Shown here: piece by piece, positions 30,401-45,400 of the stretch
Layout: the number at the start of each line of letters is the position of its first letter
Numbering within the stretch: position 1 is the stretch's first letter
Source of the DNA: Eledone cirrhosa
Lineage: Eukaryota
Direction of reading: 5' to 3'
NCBI GenBank assembly: GCA_964016885.1
Contig: OZ024749.1
Location: forward strand, 18,414,001 to 18,478,000
DNA: 64,000 nt
Notes under the pieces: model-generated
Database searches by the model: none
Told to the model about the DNA's origin: nothing
What the model saw: the letters and a program-made list of their open reading frames with translations, nothing else
Made by a program: the position numbers and the translations under genes

Positions 30401-33400
30401 CTTTCCACTGATTGACCTTGATGTCACGTGATTGATTCTTTTTGAATTTGCCATGGACGCAGAGGCAGTGATTTTCTCAATGGCTAGGAATTCAGTCCAC
30501 GCTTTGCTATTTTCTATCCACTGAATTATTTTTGTATAAGTTTCCAGAGTCCTCGCTTTGCCTGGATACTTAGCTGAGAATAGTCTTGCCTGACGACGAA
30601 ATGATTCTCAATATTTTCGTCGGAAAGTATATTTATTCCATTTCAGAAATTAAATAGTTGGGAGTGAAATTTTAGTAAGTAAGTTAATTTTATAATTTTC
30701 TTATTTTACGTCTCTCATATTATTGTTCTGCAACCCCATGCATTGAACCACAAAGTTACTCAGACAAAACCTATATATTTGCTAGCATTGATATGCATCT
30801 ATATATATATATGTTACTAGATATTAATTCTTTATAATTATCTCCAAATTATTTGTCGAGCAATATTGGCGAAGACTGCTGCTATGGTGGCAGGCAGGCC
30901 GCTGTCTTATTAACAAACCACTTTCCACTGATTGACCTCGATGTCACGTGATTGATTCTTTTTGAATGTGCCACCGACGCAGAGGCAGTGATTTTCTCAA
31001 TGGCTAGGAGTTCAGTCCACGCTTTGCTATTTTCTATCCACTGAATTATTTTTGTATAAGTTTCCTGAGTCCTCGCTTTGCCTGGATACTTAGCTGAGAA
31101 TAGTCTTCCCTGACGACGAAATGATTCTCAATATTTTCTTCGGAAAGTATATTTATTCCATTTCAGAAATTAAATAGTTGGGAGTGAAATTTTAGTAAGT
31201 AAGTTAATTTTATAATTTTCTTATTTTACGTCTCTCATATTATTGTTCTACAACCCCATGCATTGAACCACAAAGTTACTAAGACAAAACCTATATATTT
31301 GCTAGCATTGATATGTATCTGTATGTATATATATGTTACTAGATATTAATTCTTTATAATTATCTCCAAATTATTTGTGTAGCAATATTGGCCAACACTG
31401 CTGCTATGATGGCAGGCAGGCCGCTGTCTTATTAACAAACCCCTTTCCACTGATTGACCTCGATGTCACGTGATTGATTCTTTTTGAATGTGCCACCGAC
31501 GCAGAGGCAGTGATTTTCTCAATGGCTAGGAGTTCAGTTCACGCTTTGCTATTTTCTATCCACTGAATTATTTTTGTATAAGTTTCCAGAGTCCTCGCTT
31601 TGCCTGGATACTTAGCTGAGAATAGTCTTCCCTGACGACGAAATGATTCTCAATATTTTCTTCGGAAAGTATATTTATTCCATTTTAGAAACTAAATAGT
31701 TGGGAGTGAAATTTTAGTAAGTAAGTTAATTTAATAATTTTCTTATTTTACGTCTCTCATATTATTGTTCTACAACCCCATGCATTGAACCACAAAGTTA
31801 CTAAGACAAAACCTATATATTTGCTAGCATTGATTTGCATCTGTATGTATATATATCTTACTAGATATTAATTCTTTATAATTATCTCCAAATTATTTGT
31901 CTAGCAATATTGGCCAAAACTGCTGCTATGATGTCAGGCAGGCCGCTGTCTTATTAACAAACCACTTTCCACTGATTGACCTTGATGTCACGTGATTGAT
32001 TCTTTTTGAATTTGCCACCGACGCAGAGGCAGTGATTTTCTCAATGGCTAGGAGTTCAGTCCACGCTTTGCTATTTTCTATCCACTAAATTATTTTTGTA
32101 TAAGTTTCCAGAGTCCTCGCTTTGCCTGGATACTTAGCTGAGAAAAGTTTTCCCTGACGACGAAATAATTCTATATATTTTCTTCGGAAAGTATATTTAT
32201 TCCATTTCAGAAACTAATTAGTTGGGAGTGAAATTTTAGTAAGTAAGTTAATTTTATAATTTTCTTATTTTACGTCTCTCATATTATTGTTCTACAACCC
32301 CATGCATTGAACCACACAGTTACTAAGACAAAACCTATATATTTGCTAGCATTGATATGCATCTGTATGTATATATATGTTACTAGATATTAATTCTTTA
32401 TGATTACCTCCAAACTATTTGTCGAGCAATATTGGCCAAGACTGCTGCTATGATGGCAGGCAGGCCGCTGTCTTATTAACAAACCACTTTCCACTGATTG
32501 ACCTCGATGTCACGTGATTGATTCTTTTTGAATGTGCCACCAGCGCAGAGCCAGTGATTTTCTCAATGGCTAGGAGTTCAGTCCATGCTTTGCTATTTTC
32601 TATCCACTGAATTATTTTTGTATAAGTTTCCAGAGTCCTCGCTTTGCCTGGATACTTAGCTGAGAATAGTCTTCCCTGACGACGAAATGATTCTCAATAT
32701 TTTCTTCCGAAAGTATATTTATTCCATTTCAGAAACTAATTAGTTGGGAGTGAAATTTTAGTAAGTAAGTTAATTTTATAATTTTCTTATTTTACGTGTC
32801 TCATATTATTGTTCTACAACCCCATGCATTGAACCACAAAGCTACTAAGAGAAAACCTATATATTTGCTAGCATTGATATGCATCTGTATGTATATATAT
32901 GTTACTAGATATTAATTCTTTATAATTATCTCCAAATTATTTGTCTAGCAATATTGGCCAAGACTGCTGCTATGATTGCAGGCAGGCCGCTGTCTTATTA
33001 ACAAACCACTTTCCACTGATTGACCTCGATGTAACGTGATTGATTCTTTTTGAATGTGCCACCGACGCAGAGGCAGTTCATTTCTCAATGGCTAGGAGTT
33101 CAGTCCAAGCTTTGCTATTTTCTATCCACTGAATTATTTTTGTATAAGTTTCCAGAGTCCTCGCTTTGCCTGGATACTTAGCTGAGAATAGTCTTCCCTG
33201 ACGACGAAATGATTCTCAATATTTTCTTCGGAAAGTATATTTATTCCATTTCAGAAATTAAATAGTTGGGAGTGAAATTTTAGTAAGCAAGTTAATTTAA
33301 TAATTTTCTTATTTTACGTCTCTCATATTATTGTTCTGCAACCCCATGCATTGAACCACAAAGTTACTAAGACAAAACCTATATATTTGCTAGCATTGAT

Positions 33401-36400
33401 ATGCATCTGTATGTATATATATGTTACTAGATATTAATTCTTTATAATTATCTTCAAATTATTTGTCTAGCAATATTGGCCAAGACTGCTGCTATGATGG
33501 CAGGCAGGCCGCTGTCTTATTAACAAACCACTTTCCACTGATTGACCTCGATGTCACGTGATTGATTCTTTTTGAATGTGCCACCGACGCAGAGGCAGTG
33601 ATTTTCTCAATGGCTAGGAGTTCAGTCCACGCTTTGCTATTTTCTATCCACTGAATTATTTTTGTATAAGTTTCCAGAGTCCTCGCTTTGCCTGGATACT
33701 TAGCTGAGAATAGTCTTCCCTGAAGACGAAATGACTCTCAATATTTTCTTCGTAAAGTATATTTATTCCATTTCAGAAACTAATTAGTTGGGAGTGAAAT
33801 TTTAGTAAGTTAATTTTATAATTTTCTTATTTTACGTCTCTCATATTATTGTTCTACAACCCCATGCATTGAACCACACAGTTACTAAGACAAAACCTAT
33901 ATATTTGCTAGCATTGATATGCATCTGTATGTATATATATGTTACTAGATATTAATTCTTTATGATTACCTCCAAACTATTTGTCGAGCAATATTGGCGA
34001 AGACTGCTGCTATGATGGCAGGCAGGCCGCTGTCTTATTAACAAACCACTTTCCACTGATTGACCTCGATGTCACGTGATTGATTCTTTTTGAATGTGCC
34101 ACCGGCGCAGAGGCAGTGATTTTCTCAATGGCTAGGAGTTCAGTCCACGCTTTGCCATTTTCTATCCACTGAATTATTTTTGTATAAGTTTCCAGAGTCC
34201 TCGCTTTGCCTGGATACTTAGCTGAGAATAGTCTTCCCTGAAGACGAAATGATTCTCAATATTTTCTTCGTAAAGTATATTTATTCCATTTCAGAAACTA
34301 ATTAGTTGGGAGTGAAATTTTAGTAAGTAAGTTAATTTTATAATTTTCTTATTTTACGTCTCTCATATTATTGTTCTACAACCCCATGCATTGAACCACA
34401 CAGTTACTAAGACAAAACCTATATATTTGCTAGCATTGATATGCATCTGTATGTATATATATGTTACTAGATATTAATTCTTTATGATTACCTCCAAACT
34501 ATTTGTCGAGCAATATTGGCCAAGACTGCTGCTATGATGGCAGGCAGGCCGCTGTCTTATTTTCAAACCACTTTCCACTGATTGACCTCGATGTCACGTG
34601 ATTGATTCTTTTTGAATGTGCCACCGGCGCAGAGGCAGTAATTTTCTCAATGGCTAGGAGTTCAGTCCACGCTTTGCTATTTTCTATCCACTGAATTATT
34701 TTTGTATAAGTTTCCAGATTGCTCGCTTTGTCTGGATACTTAGCTGAGAATAGTCTTCCCTGACGACGAAATGATTCTCAATATTTTCTTCCAAAAAGTA
34801 TATTTATTCCATTTCAGAAATTAAATAGTTGGGATTGAAATTTTAGTAAGTAAGTTAATTTTATAATTTTCTTATTTTACGTCTCTCATATTATTGTTCT
34901 GCAACCCCATGCATTGAACCACAAAGTTACTAAGACAAAACCTATATATTTGCTAGCATTGATATGCATCTATATATATATATGTTACTAGATATTAATT
35001 CTTTGTAATTATCTCTAAATTATTTGTCGAGCAATATTGGCCAAGACTGCTGCTATGGTGGCAGGCAGGCCGCTGTCTTATTAACAAACCACTTTCCACT
35101 AATTGACCTTGATGTCACGTGATTGATTCTTTTTGTATTTGCCACCGACGCGGAGCCAGTGATTTTCTCAATGGCCTAGGAATTCAGTCCACACTTTGCA
35201 ATTTTCTATCCACTGAATTATTTTTGTATAAGTTTCCAGAGTCCTCGCTTTGCCTGGATACTTCGCTGAGAATAGTCTTCCCTGACGACGACATGATTCT
35301 CAATATTTTCTTCGGAAAGTATATTTATTCCATTTCAGAAACTAAATAGTTGGGAGTGAAATTTTAATAAGTAAGTTAATTTTATAATTTTCTTATTTTA
35401 CGTCTCTCATATTATTGTTCTGCAACCCCATGCATTGAACCACAAAGTTACTAAGACAAAACCTATATATTTGCTAGCATTGATATGCATCTGTATGTAT
35501 ATATATGTTACTAGATATTAATTCTTGATAATTATCTCCAAATTATTTGTCTAGCAATATTGGCCAACACTGCTGCTATGATGGCAGGCAGGCCGCTGTC
35601 TTATTAACAAACCACTTTCCACTGATTGACCTCGATGTCACGTGATTGATTCTTTTTGAATGTGCCACCGACGCAGAGGCAGTGATTTTCTCTATGGCTA
35701 GGAGTTCAGTTCACGCTTTGTTATTTTCTATCCACTGAATTATTTTTGTATAAGTTTCCAGAGTCCTCGCTTTGCCTGGATACTTAGCTGAGAATAGTCT
35801 TCCCTGACGACGAAATGATTCTCAATATTTTCTTCGGAAAGTATATTTATTCCATTTCAGAAACTAAATAGTTGGGAGTGAAATTTTAGTAAGTAAGTTA
35901 ATTTTATAATTTTCTTATTTTACGTCTCTCATATTATTGTTCTACAACCCCATGCATTGACCCACAAAGCTACTAAGACAAAACCTATATATTTGCTAGC
36001 ATTGATATGCATCTGTATGTATATATATGTTACTAGATATTAATTCTTTATAATTATCTCCAAATTATTTGTCTAGCAATATTGGCCAAGACTGCTGCTA
36101 TGATTGCAGGCAGGCCGCTGTCTTATTAACAAACCACTTTCCACTGATTGACCTCGATGTAACGTGATTGATTCTTTTTGAATGTGCCACCGACGCAGAG
36201 GCAGTTATTTTCTCAATAGCTAGGAGTTCAGTCCACGCTTTGCTATTTTCAATCCACTGAATTATTTTTGTATAAGTTTCCTGAGTCCTCGCTTTGCCTG
36301 GATACTTAGCTGAGAATAGTCTTGCCTGACGACGACATGATTCTCAATATTTTCTTCGGAAAGTATATATATTCCATTTCAGAAACTAAATAGTTGTGAG

Positions 36401-39400
36401 TGAAATTTTAGTAAGTAAGTTAATTTTTATAATTTTCTTATTTTACGTCTCTCATATTATTGTTCTGCAACCCCATGCATTGAACCACAAAGTTACTAAG
36501 ACAAAACCTATATATTTGCTAGCATTGATATGCATCTGTATGTATATATATGTTACTAGATATTAATTCTTTATGATTATCTCCAAACTATTTGTCGAGC
36601 AATATTGGCCAAGATTGCGGCTATGATGGCAGGCAGGCCGCTGTCTTATTAACAAACCACTTTCCACTGATTGACCTCGATGTCACGTGATTGATTCTTT
36701 TTGAATGTGCCACCGGCGCAGAGCAGTGATTTTCTGAATGGCTAGGAGTTCAGTCCACGCTTTGCTATTTTCTATCCACTGAATTATTTTTGTATAAGTT
36801 TCCTGAGTCCTCGCTTTGCCTAGATACTTAGCTGAGAATAGTCTTCCCTGACGACGAAATGATTCTCAATATTTTCTTCGGAAAGTATATTTATTCCATT
36901 TCAGAAATTAAATAGTTGGGAGTGAAATTTTAGTAAGTAAGTTAATTTTATAATTTTCTTATTTTACGTCTCTCATATTATTGTTCTGCAACCCCATGCA
37001 TTGAACCACAAAGTTACTAAGACAAAACCTATATATTTGCTAGCATTGATATGCATCTATATATATATATGTTACTAGATATTAATTCTTTGTAATTATC
37101 TCTAAATTATTTGTCGAGCAATTTTGGCCAAGACTGCTGCTATGGTGGCAGGCAGGCCGCTGTCTTATTAACAAACCACTTTCCACTGATTGACCTTGAT
37201 GTCACGTGATTGATTCTTTTTGTATTTGCCACCGACGCGGAGCCAGTGATTTTCTCAATGGCCTAGGAATTCAGTCCACACTTTGCAATTTTCTATCCAC
37301 TGAATTATTTTTGTATAAGTTTCCAGAGTCCTCGCTTTGCCTGGATACTTCGCTGAGAATAGTCTTCCCTGACGACGACATGATTCTCAATATTTTCTTC
37401 GGAAAGTATATTTATTCCATTTCAGAAACTAAATAGTTGGGAGTGAAATTTTAATAAGTAAGTTAATTTTATAATTTTCTTATTTTACGTCTCTCATATT
37501 ATTGTTCTGCAACCCCATGCATTGAACCACAAAGTTACTAAGTCAAAACCTATATATTTGCTAGCATTGATATGCATCTGTATGTATATATATGTTACTA
37601 GATATTAATTCTTTATGATTATCTCCAAACTATTTGTCGAGCAATATTGGCCAAGACTTCTGCTATGATGACAGGCAGGCCGCTGTCTTATTAACAAACC
37701 ACTTTCCACTGATTGACCTCGATGTCACGTGATTGATTCTTTTTGAATGTGCCACCGGCGCAGAGGCAGTGATTTTCTCAATGGCTAGGAGTTCAGTCCA
37801 CGCTTTGCTATTTTCTATCCACTGAATTATTTTTGTATAAGTTTCCAGAGTCCTCGCTTTGCCTGGATACTTAGCTGAGAAAAGTCTTCCCTGACGACGA
37901 AATGATTCTCAATATTTTCTTCGGAAAGTATATTTATTCCATTTCAGAAATTAAATAGTTGGGAGTGAAATTTTAGTAAGTAAGTTAATTTTATAATTTT
38001 CTTATTTTACGTCTCTCATATTATTGTTCTGCAACCCCATGCATTGAACCACAAAGTTACTAAGACAAAACCTATATATTTGCTAGCATTGATATGCATC
38101 TATATATATATATGTTACTAGATATTAATTCTTTGTAATTATCTCTAAATTATTTGTCGAGCAATATTGGCCAAGACTGCTGCTATGGTGGCAGGCAGGC
38201 CGCTGTCTTATTAACAAACCACTTTCCACTGATTGACCTTGATGTCACGTGATTGATTCTTTTTGAATGTGCCACCGACGCGGAGGCAGTGATTTTATCT
38301 ATGGCTAGGAGTTCAGTTCACGCTTTGTTATTTTCTATCCACTGAATTATTTTTGTATAATTTTCCAGAGTCCTCGCTTTGCCTGGATACTTAGCTGAGA
38401 ATAGTCTTCCCTGACGACGAAATGATTCTCAATATTTTCTTCGGAAAGTATATTTATTCCATTTCAGAAACTAAATAGTTGGGAGTGAAATTTTAGTAAG
38501 TAAGTTAATTTTATAATTTTCTTATTTTACGTCTCTCATATTATTGTTCTACAACCCCATGCATTGAACCACAAAGCTACTAAGACAAAACCTATATATT
38601 TGCTAGCATTGATATGCATCTGTATGTATATATATGTTACTAGATATTAATTCTTTATAATTATCTCCAAATTATTTGTCTAGCAATATTGGCCAAGACT
38701 GCTGCTATGATTGCAGGCAGGCCGCTGTCTTATTAACAAACCACTTTCCACTGATTGACCTCGATGTAACGTGATTGATTCTTTTTGAATGTGCCACCGA
38801 CGCAGAGGCAGTTATTTTCTCAATAGCTAGGAGTTCAGTCCACGCTTTGCTATTTTCAATCCACTGAATTATTATTGTATAAGTTTCCTGAGTCCTCGCT
38901 TTGCCTGGATACTTAGCTGAGAATAGTCATGCCTGACGACGACATGATTCTCAATATTTTCTTCGGAAAGTATATATATTCCATTTCAGAAACTAAATAG
39001 TTGTGAGTGAAATTTTAGTAAGTAAGTTAATTTTTATAATTTTCTTATTTTACGTCTCTCATATTATTGTTCTGCAACCCATGCATTGAACCACAAAGTT
39101 ACTAAGACAAAACCTATATATTTGCTAGCATTGATATGCATCTGTATGTATATATATGTTACTAGATATTAATTCTTTATGATTATCTCCAAACTATTTG
39201 TCGAGCAATATTGGCCAAGATTGCGGCTATGATGGCAGGCAGGCCGCTGTCTTATTAACAAACCACTTTCCACTGATTGACCTCGATGTCACGTGATTGA
39301 TTCTTTTTGAATGTGCCACCGGCGCAGAGGCAGTGATTTTCTGAATGGCTAGGAGTTCAGTCCACGCTTTGCTATTTTCTATCCACTGAATTATTTTTGT

Positions 39401-42400
39401 ATAAGTTTCCTGAGTCCTCGCTTTGCCTAGATACTTAGCTGAGAATAGTCTTCCCTGACGACGAAATGATTCTCAATATTTTCTTCGGAAAGTATATTTA
39501 TTCCATTTCAGAAATTAAATAGTTGGGAGTGAAATTTTAGTAAGTAAGTTAATTTTATAATTTTCTTATTTTACGTCTCTCATATTATTGTTCTGCAACC
39601 CCATGCATTGAACCACAAAGTTACTAAGACAAAACCTATATATTTGCTAGCATTGATATGCATCTATATATATATATGTTACTAGATATTAATTCTTTGT
39701 AATTATCTCTAAATTATTTGTCGAGCAATATTGGCCAAGACTGCTGCTATGGTGGCAGGCAGGCCGCTGTCTTATTAACAAACCACTTTCCACTGATTGA
39801 CCTTGATGTCACGTGATTGATTCTTTTTGTATTTGCCACCGACGCGGAGCCAGTGATTTTCTCAATGGCCTAGGAATTCAGTCCACACTTTGCAATTTTC
39901 TATCCACTGAATTATTTTTGTATAAGTTTCCAGAGTCCTCGCTTTGCCTGGATACTTCGCTGAGAATAGTCTTCCCTGACGACGACATGATTCTCAATAT
40001 TTTCTTCGGAAAGTATATTTATTCCATTTCAGAAACTAAATAGTTGGGAGTGAAATTTTAATAAGTAAGTTAATTTTATAATTTTCTTATTTTACGTCTC
40101 TCATATTATTGTTCTGCAACCCCATGCATTGAACCACAAAGTTACTAAGTCAAAACCTATATATTTGCTAGCATTGATATGCATCTGTATGTATATATAT
40201 GTTACTAGATATTAATTCTTTATGATTATCTCCAAACTATTTGTCGAGCAATATTGGCCAAGACTTCTGCTATGATGACAGGCAGGCCGCTGTCTTATTA
40301 ACAAACCACTTTCCACTGATTGACCTCGATGTCACGTGATTGATTCTTTTTGAATGTGCCACCGGCGCAGAGGCAGTGATTTTCTCAATGGCTAGGAGTT
40401 CAGTCCACGCTTTGCTATTTTCTATCCACTGAATTATTTTTGTATAAGTTTCCAGAGTCCTCGCTTTGCCTGGATACTTAGCTGAGAAAAGTCTTCCCTG
40501 ACGACGAAATGATTCTCAATATTTTCTTCGGAAAGTATATTTATTCCATTTCAGAAATTAAATAGTTGGGAGTGAAATTTTAGTAAGTAAGTTAATTTTA
40601 TAATTTTCTTATTTTACGTCTCTCATATTATTGTTCTGCAACCCCATGCATTGAACCACAAAGTTACTAAGACAAAACCTATATATTTGCTAGCATTGAT
40701 ATGCATCTATATATATATATGTTACTAGATATTAATTCTTTGTAATTATCTCTAAATTATTTGTCGAGCAATATTGGCCAAGACTGCTGCTATGGTGGCA
40801 GGCAGGCCGCTGTCTTATTAACAAACCACTTTCCACTGATTGACCTTGATGTCACGTGATTGATTCTTTTTGAATGTGCCACCGACGCGGAGGCAGTGAT
40901 TTTATCTATGGCTAGGAGTTCAGTTCACGCTTTGTTATTTTCTATCCACTGAATTATTTTTGTATAATTTTCCAGAGTCCTCGCTTTGCCTGGATACTTA
41001 GCTGAGAATAGTCTTCCCTGACGACGAAATGATTCTCAATATTTTCTTCGGAAAGTATATTTATTCCATTTCAGAAACTAAATAGTTGGGAGTGAAATTT
41101 TAGTAAGTAAGTTAATTTTATAATTTTCTTATTTTACGTCTCTCATATTATTGTTCTACAACCCCATGCATTGAACCACAAAGCTACTAAGACAAAACCT
41201 ATATATTTGCTAGCATTGATATGCATCTGTATGTATATATATGTTACTAGATATTAATTCTTTATAATTATCTCCAAATTATTTGTCTAGCAATATTGGC
41301 CAAGACTGCTGCTATGATTGCAGGCAGGCCGCTGTCTTATTAACAAACCACTTTCCACTGATTGACCTCGATGTAACGTGATTGATTCTTTTTGAATGTG
41401 CCACCGACGCAGAGGCAGTTATTTTCTCAATAGCTAGGAGTTCAGTCCACGCTTTGCTATTTTCAATCCACTGAATTATTATTGTATAAGTTTCCTGAGT
41501 CCTCGCTTTGCCTGGATACTTAGCTGAGAATAGTCATGCCTGACGACGACATGATTCTCAATATTTTCTTCGGAAAGTATATATATTCCATTTCAGAAAC
41601 TAAATAGTTGTGAGTGAAATTTTAGTAAGTAAGTTAATTTTTATAATTTTCTTATTTTACGTCTCTCATATTATTGTTCTGCAACCCATGCATTGAACCA
41701 CAAAGTTACTAAGACAAAACCTATATATTTGCTAGCATTGATATGCATCTGTATGTATATATATGTTACTAGATATTAATTCTTTATGATTATCTCCAAA
41801 CTATTTGTCGAGCAATATTGGCCAAGATTGCGGCTATGATGGCAGGCAGGCCGCTGTCTTATTAACAAACCACTTTCCACTGATTGACCTCGATGTCACG
41901 TGATTGATTCTTTTTGAATGTGCCACCGGCGCAGAGGCAGTGATTTTCTGAATGGCTAGGAGTTCAGTCCACGCTTTGCTATTTTCTATCCACTGAATTA
42001 TTTTTGTATAAGTTTCCTGAGTCCTCGCTTTGCCTAGATACTTAGCTGAGAATAGTCTTCCCTGACGACGAAATGATTCTCAATATTTTCTTCGGAAAGT
42101 ATATTTATTCCATTTCAGAAATTAAATAGTTGGGAGTGAAATTTTAGTAAGTAAGTTAATTTTATAATTTTCTTATTTTACGTCTCTCATATTATTGTTC
42201 TGCAACCCCATGCATTGAACCACAAAGTTACTAAGACAAAACCTATATATTTGCTAGCATTGATATGCATCTATATATATATATGTTACTAGATATTAAT
42301 TCTTTGTAATTATCTCTAAATTATTTGTCGAGCAATATTGGCCAAGACTGCTGCTATGGTGGCAGGCAGGCCGCTGTCTTATTAACAAACCACTTTCCAC

Positions 42401-45400
42401 TGATTGACCTTGATGTCACGTGATTGATTCTTTTTGTATTTGCCACCGACGCGGAGCCAGTGATTTTCTCAATGGCCTAGGAATTCAGTCCACACTTTGC
42501 AATTTTCTATCCACTGAATTATTTTTGTATAAGTTTCCAGAGTCCTCGCTTTGCCTGGATACTTCGCTGAGAATAGTCTTCCCTGACGACGACATGATTC
42601 TCAATATTTTCTTCGGAAAGTATATTTATTCCATTTCAGAATCTAAATAGTTGGGAGTGAAATTTTAATAAGTAAGTTAATTTTATAATTTTCTTATTTT
42701 ACGTCTCTCATATTATTGTTCTGCAACCCCATGCATTGAACCACAAAGTTACTAAGACAAAACCTATATATTTACTAGCATTGATATGCATCTGTATGTA
42801 TATATATGTTACTAGATATTAATTCTTTATGATTATCTCCAAACTATTTGTCGAGCAATATTGGCCAAGACTTCTGCTATGATGACAGGCAGGCCGCTGT
42901 CTTATTAACAAACCACTTTCCACTGATTGACCTCGATGTCACGTGATTGATTCTTTTTGAATGTGCCACCGGCGCAGAGGCAGTGATTTTCTCAATGGCT
43001 AGGAGTTCAGTCCACGCTTTGCTATTTTCTATCCACTGAATTATTTTTGTATAAGTTTCCAGAGTCCTCGCTTTGCCTGGATACTTAGCTGAGAAAAGTC
43101 TTCCCTGACGACGAAATGATTCTCAATATTTTCTTCGGAAAGTATATTTATTCCATTTCAGAAACTAATTAGTTGGGAGTGAAATTTTAGTAAGTAAGTT
43201 AATTTTATAATTTTCCTATTTTACGTCTCTCATATTATTGTTCTACAACACCATGCATTGAACCACAAAGTTACTTAGACAAAACCTATATATTTGCTAG
43301 AATTGATATGTATCTGTATGTATATATATGTTACTAGATATTAATTCTTGATAATTATCTCCAAATTATTTGTCTAGCAATATTGGCCAACACTGCTGCT
43401 ATGATGGCAGGCAGGCCGCTGTCTTATTAACAAACCACTTTCCACTGATTGACCTCGATGTCATGTGATTGATTCTTTTTGAATGTGCCACCGACGCAGA
43501 GGCAGTGATTTTCTCTATGGCTAGGAGTTCAGTTCACGCTTTGTTATTTTCTATCCACTGAATTATTTTTGTATAAGTTTCCAAAGTCCTCGCTTTGCCT
43601 GGATACTTAGCTGAGAATAGTCTTGCCTGACGACTACATGATTCTCAATATTTTCTTCGGAAAGTATATATATTCCATTTCAGAAACTAAATAGTTGTGA
43701 GTGAAATTTTAGTAAGTAAGTTAATTTTATAATTTTCTTATTTTACGTCTCTCATGTTATTGTTCTGCAACCCCATGCATTGAACCACAAATTTACTCAG
43801 ATAAAACCTATATATTTGCTAGCATTGATATGCATCTGTATGTATATATATGTTACTAGATATTAATTCTTTATAATTATCTCCAAATTATTTGTCTAGC
43901 AATATTGGCCAAGACTGCTGCTATGATTGCAGGCAGGCCGCTGTCTTATTAACAAACCACTTTCCACTGATTGACCTCGATGTAACGTGATTGATTCTTT
44001 TTGAATGTGCCACCGACGCAGAGGCAGTTATTTTCTCAATAGCTATTAGTTCAGTCCACGCTTTGCTATTTTCTATCCACTGAATTATTTTTGTATAAGT
44101 TTCCTGAGTCCTCGCTTTGCCTGGATACTTAGCTGGGAATAGTCTTGCCTGACGACGACATGATTCTCAATATTTTCTTCGGAAAGTATATATATTCCAT
44201 TTCAGAAACTAAATAGTTGTGAGTGAAATTTTAGTAAGTAAGTTAATTTTATAATTTTCTTATTTTACGTCTCTCATATTATTGTTCTGCAACCCCATGC
44301 ATTGAACCACAAAGTTACTAAGACAAAACCTATATATTTGCTAGCATTGATATGCATCTGTATGTATATATATGTTACTAGATATTAATTCTTTATGATT
44401 ACCTCCAAACTATTTGTCGAGCAATATTGGCCAAGACTGCTGCTATGATGGCAGGCAGGCCGCTGTCTTATTAACAAACCACTTTCCACTGATTGACCTC
44501 GATGTCACGTGATTGATTCTTTTTGAATGTGCCACCGGCGCAGAGGCAGTGATTTTCTCAATGGCTAGGAGTTCAGTCCACGCTTTGCTATTTTCTATCC
44601 ACTGAATTATTTTTGTATAAGTTTCCAGATTCCTCGCTTTGCCTGGATACTTAGCTGAGAATAGTCTTCCCTGACGACGAAATGATTCTCAATATTTTCT
44701 TCCAAAAAGTATATTTATTCCATTTCAGAAATTAAATAGTTGGGATTGAAATTTTAGTAAGTAAGTTAATTTTATAATTTTCTTATTTTACGTCTCTCAT
44801 ATTATTGTTCTGCAACCCCATGCATTGAACCACAAAGTTACTAAGACAAAACCTATATATTTGCTAGCATTGATATGCATCTATATATATATATGTTACT
44901 AGATATTAATTCTTTGTAATTATCTATAAATTATTTGTCGAGCAATATTGGCCAAGACTGCTGCTATGGTGGCAGGCAGGCCGCTGTCTTATTAACAAAC
45001 CACTTTCCACTGATTGACCTTGATGTCACGTGATTGAATCTTTTTGTATTTGCCACCGACGCGGAGCCAGTGATTTTCTCTATGGCTAGGAGTTCAGTTC
45101 ACGCTTTGTTATTTTCTATCCACTGAATTATTTTTGTATAAGTTTCCAGAGTCCTCGCTTTGCCTGGATACTTAGCTGAGAATAGTCTTCCCTGACGACG
45201 AAATGATTCTCAATATTTTCTTCGGAAAATATATTTATTCCATTTCAGAAATTAAATAGTTGGGATTGAAATTTTAGTAAGTAAGTTAATTTTATAATTT
45301 TCTTACTTTACGTCTCTCATATTATTGTTCTGCAACCCCATGCACTGAACGACAAAGTTATTAAGACAAAACCTATATATTTGCTAGCATTGATATGCAT

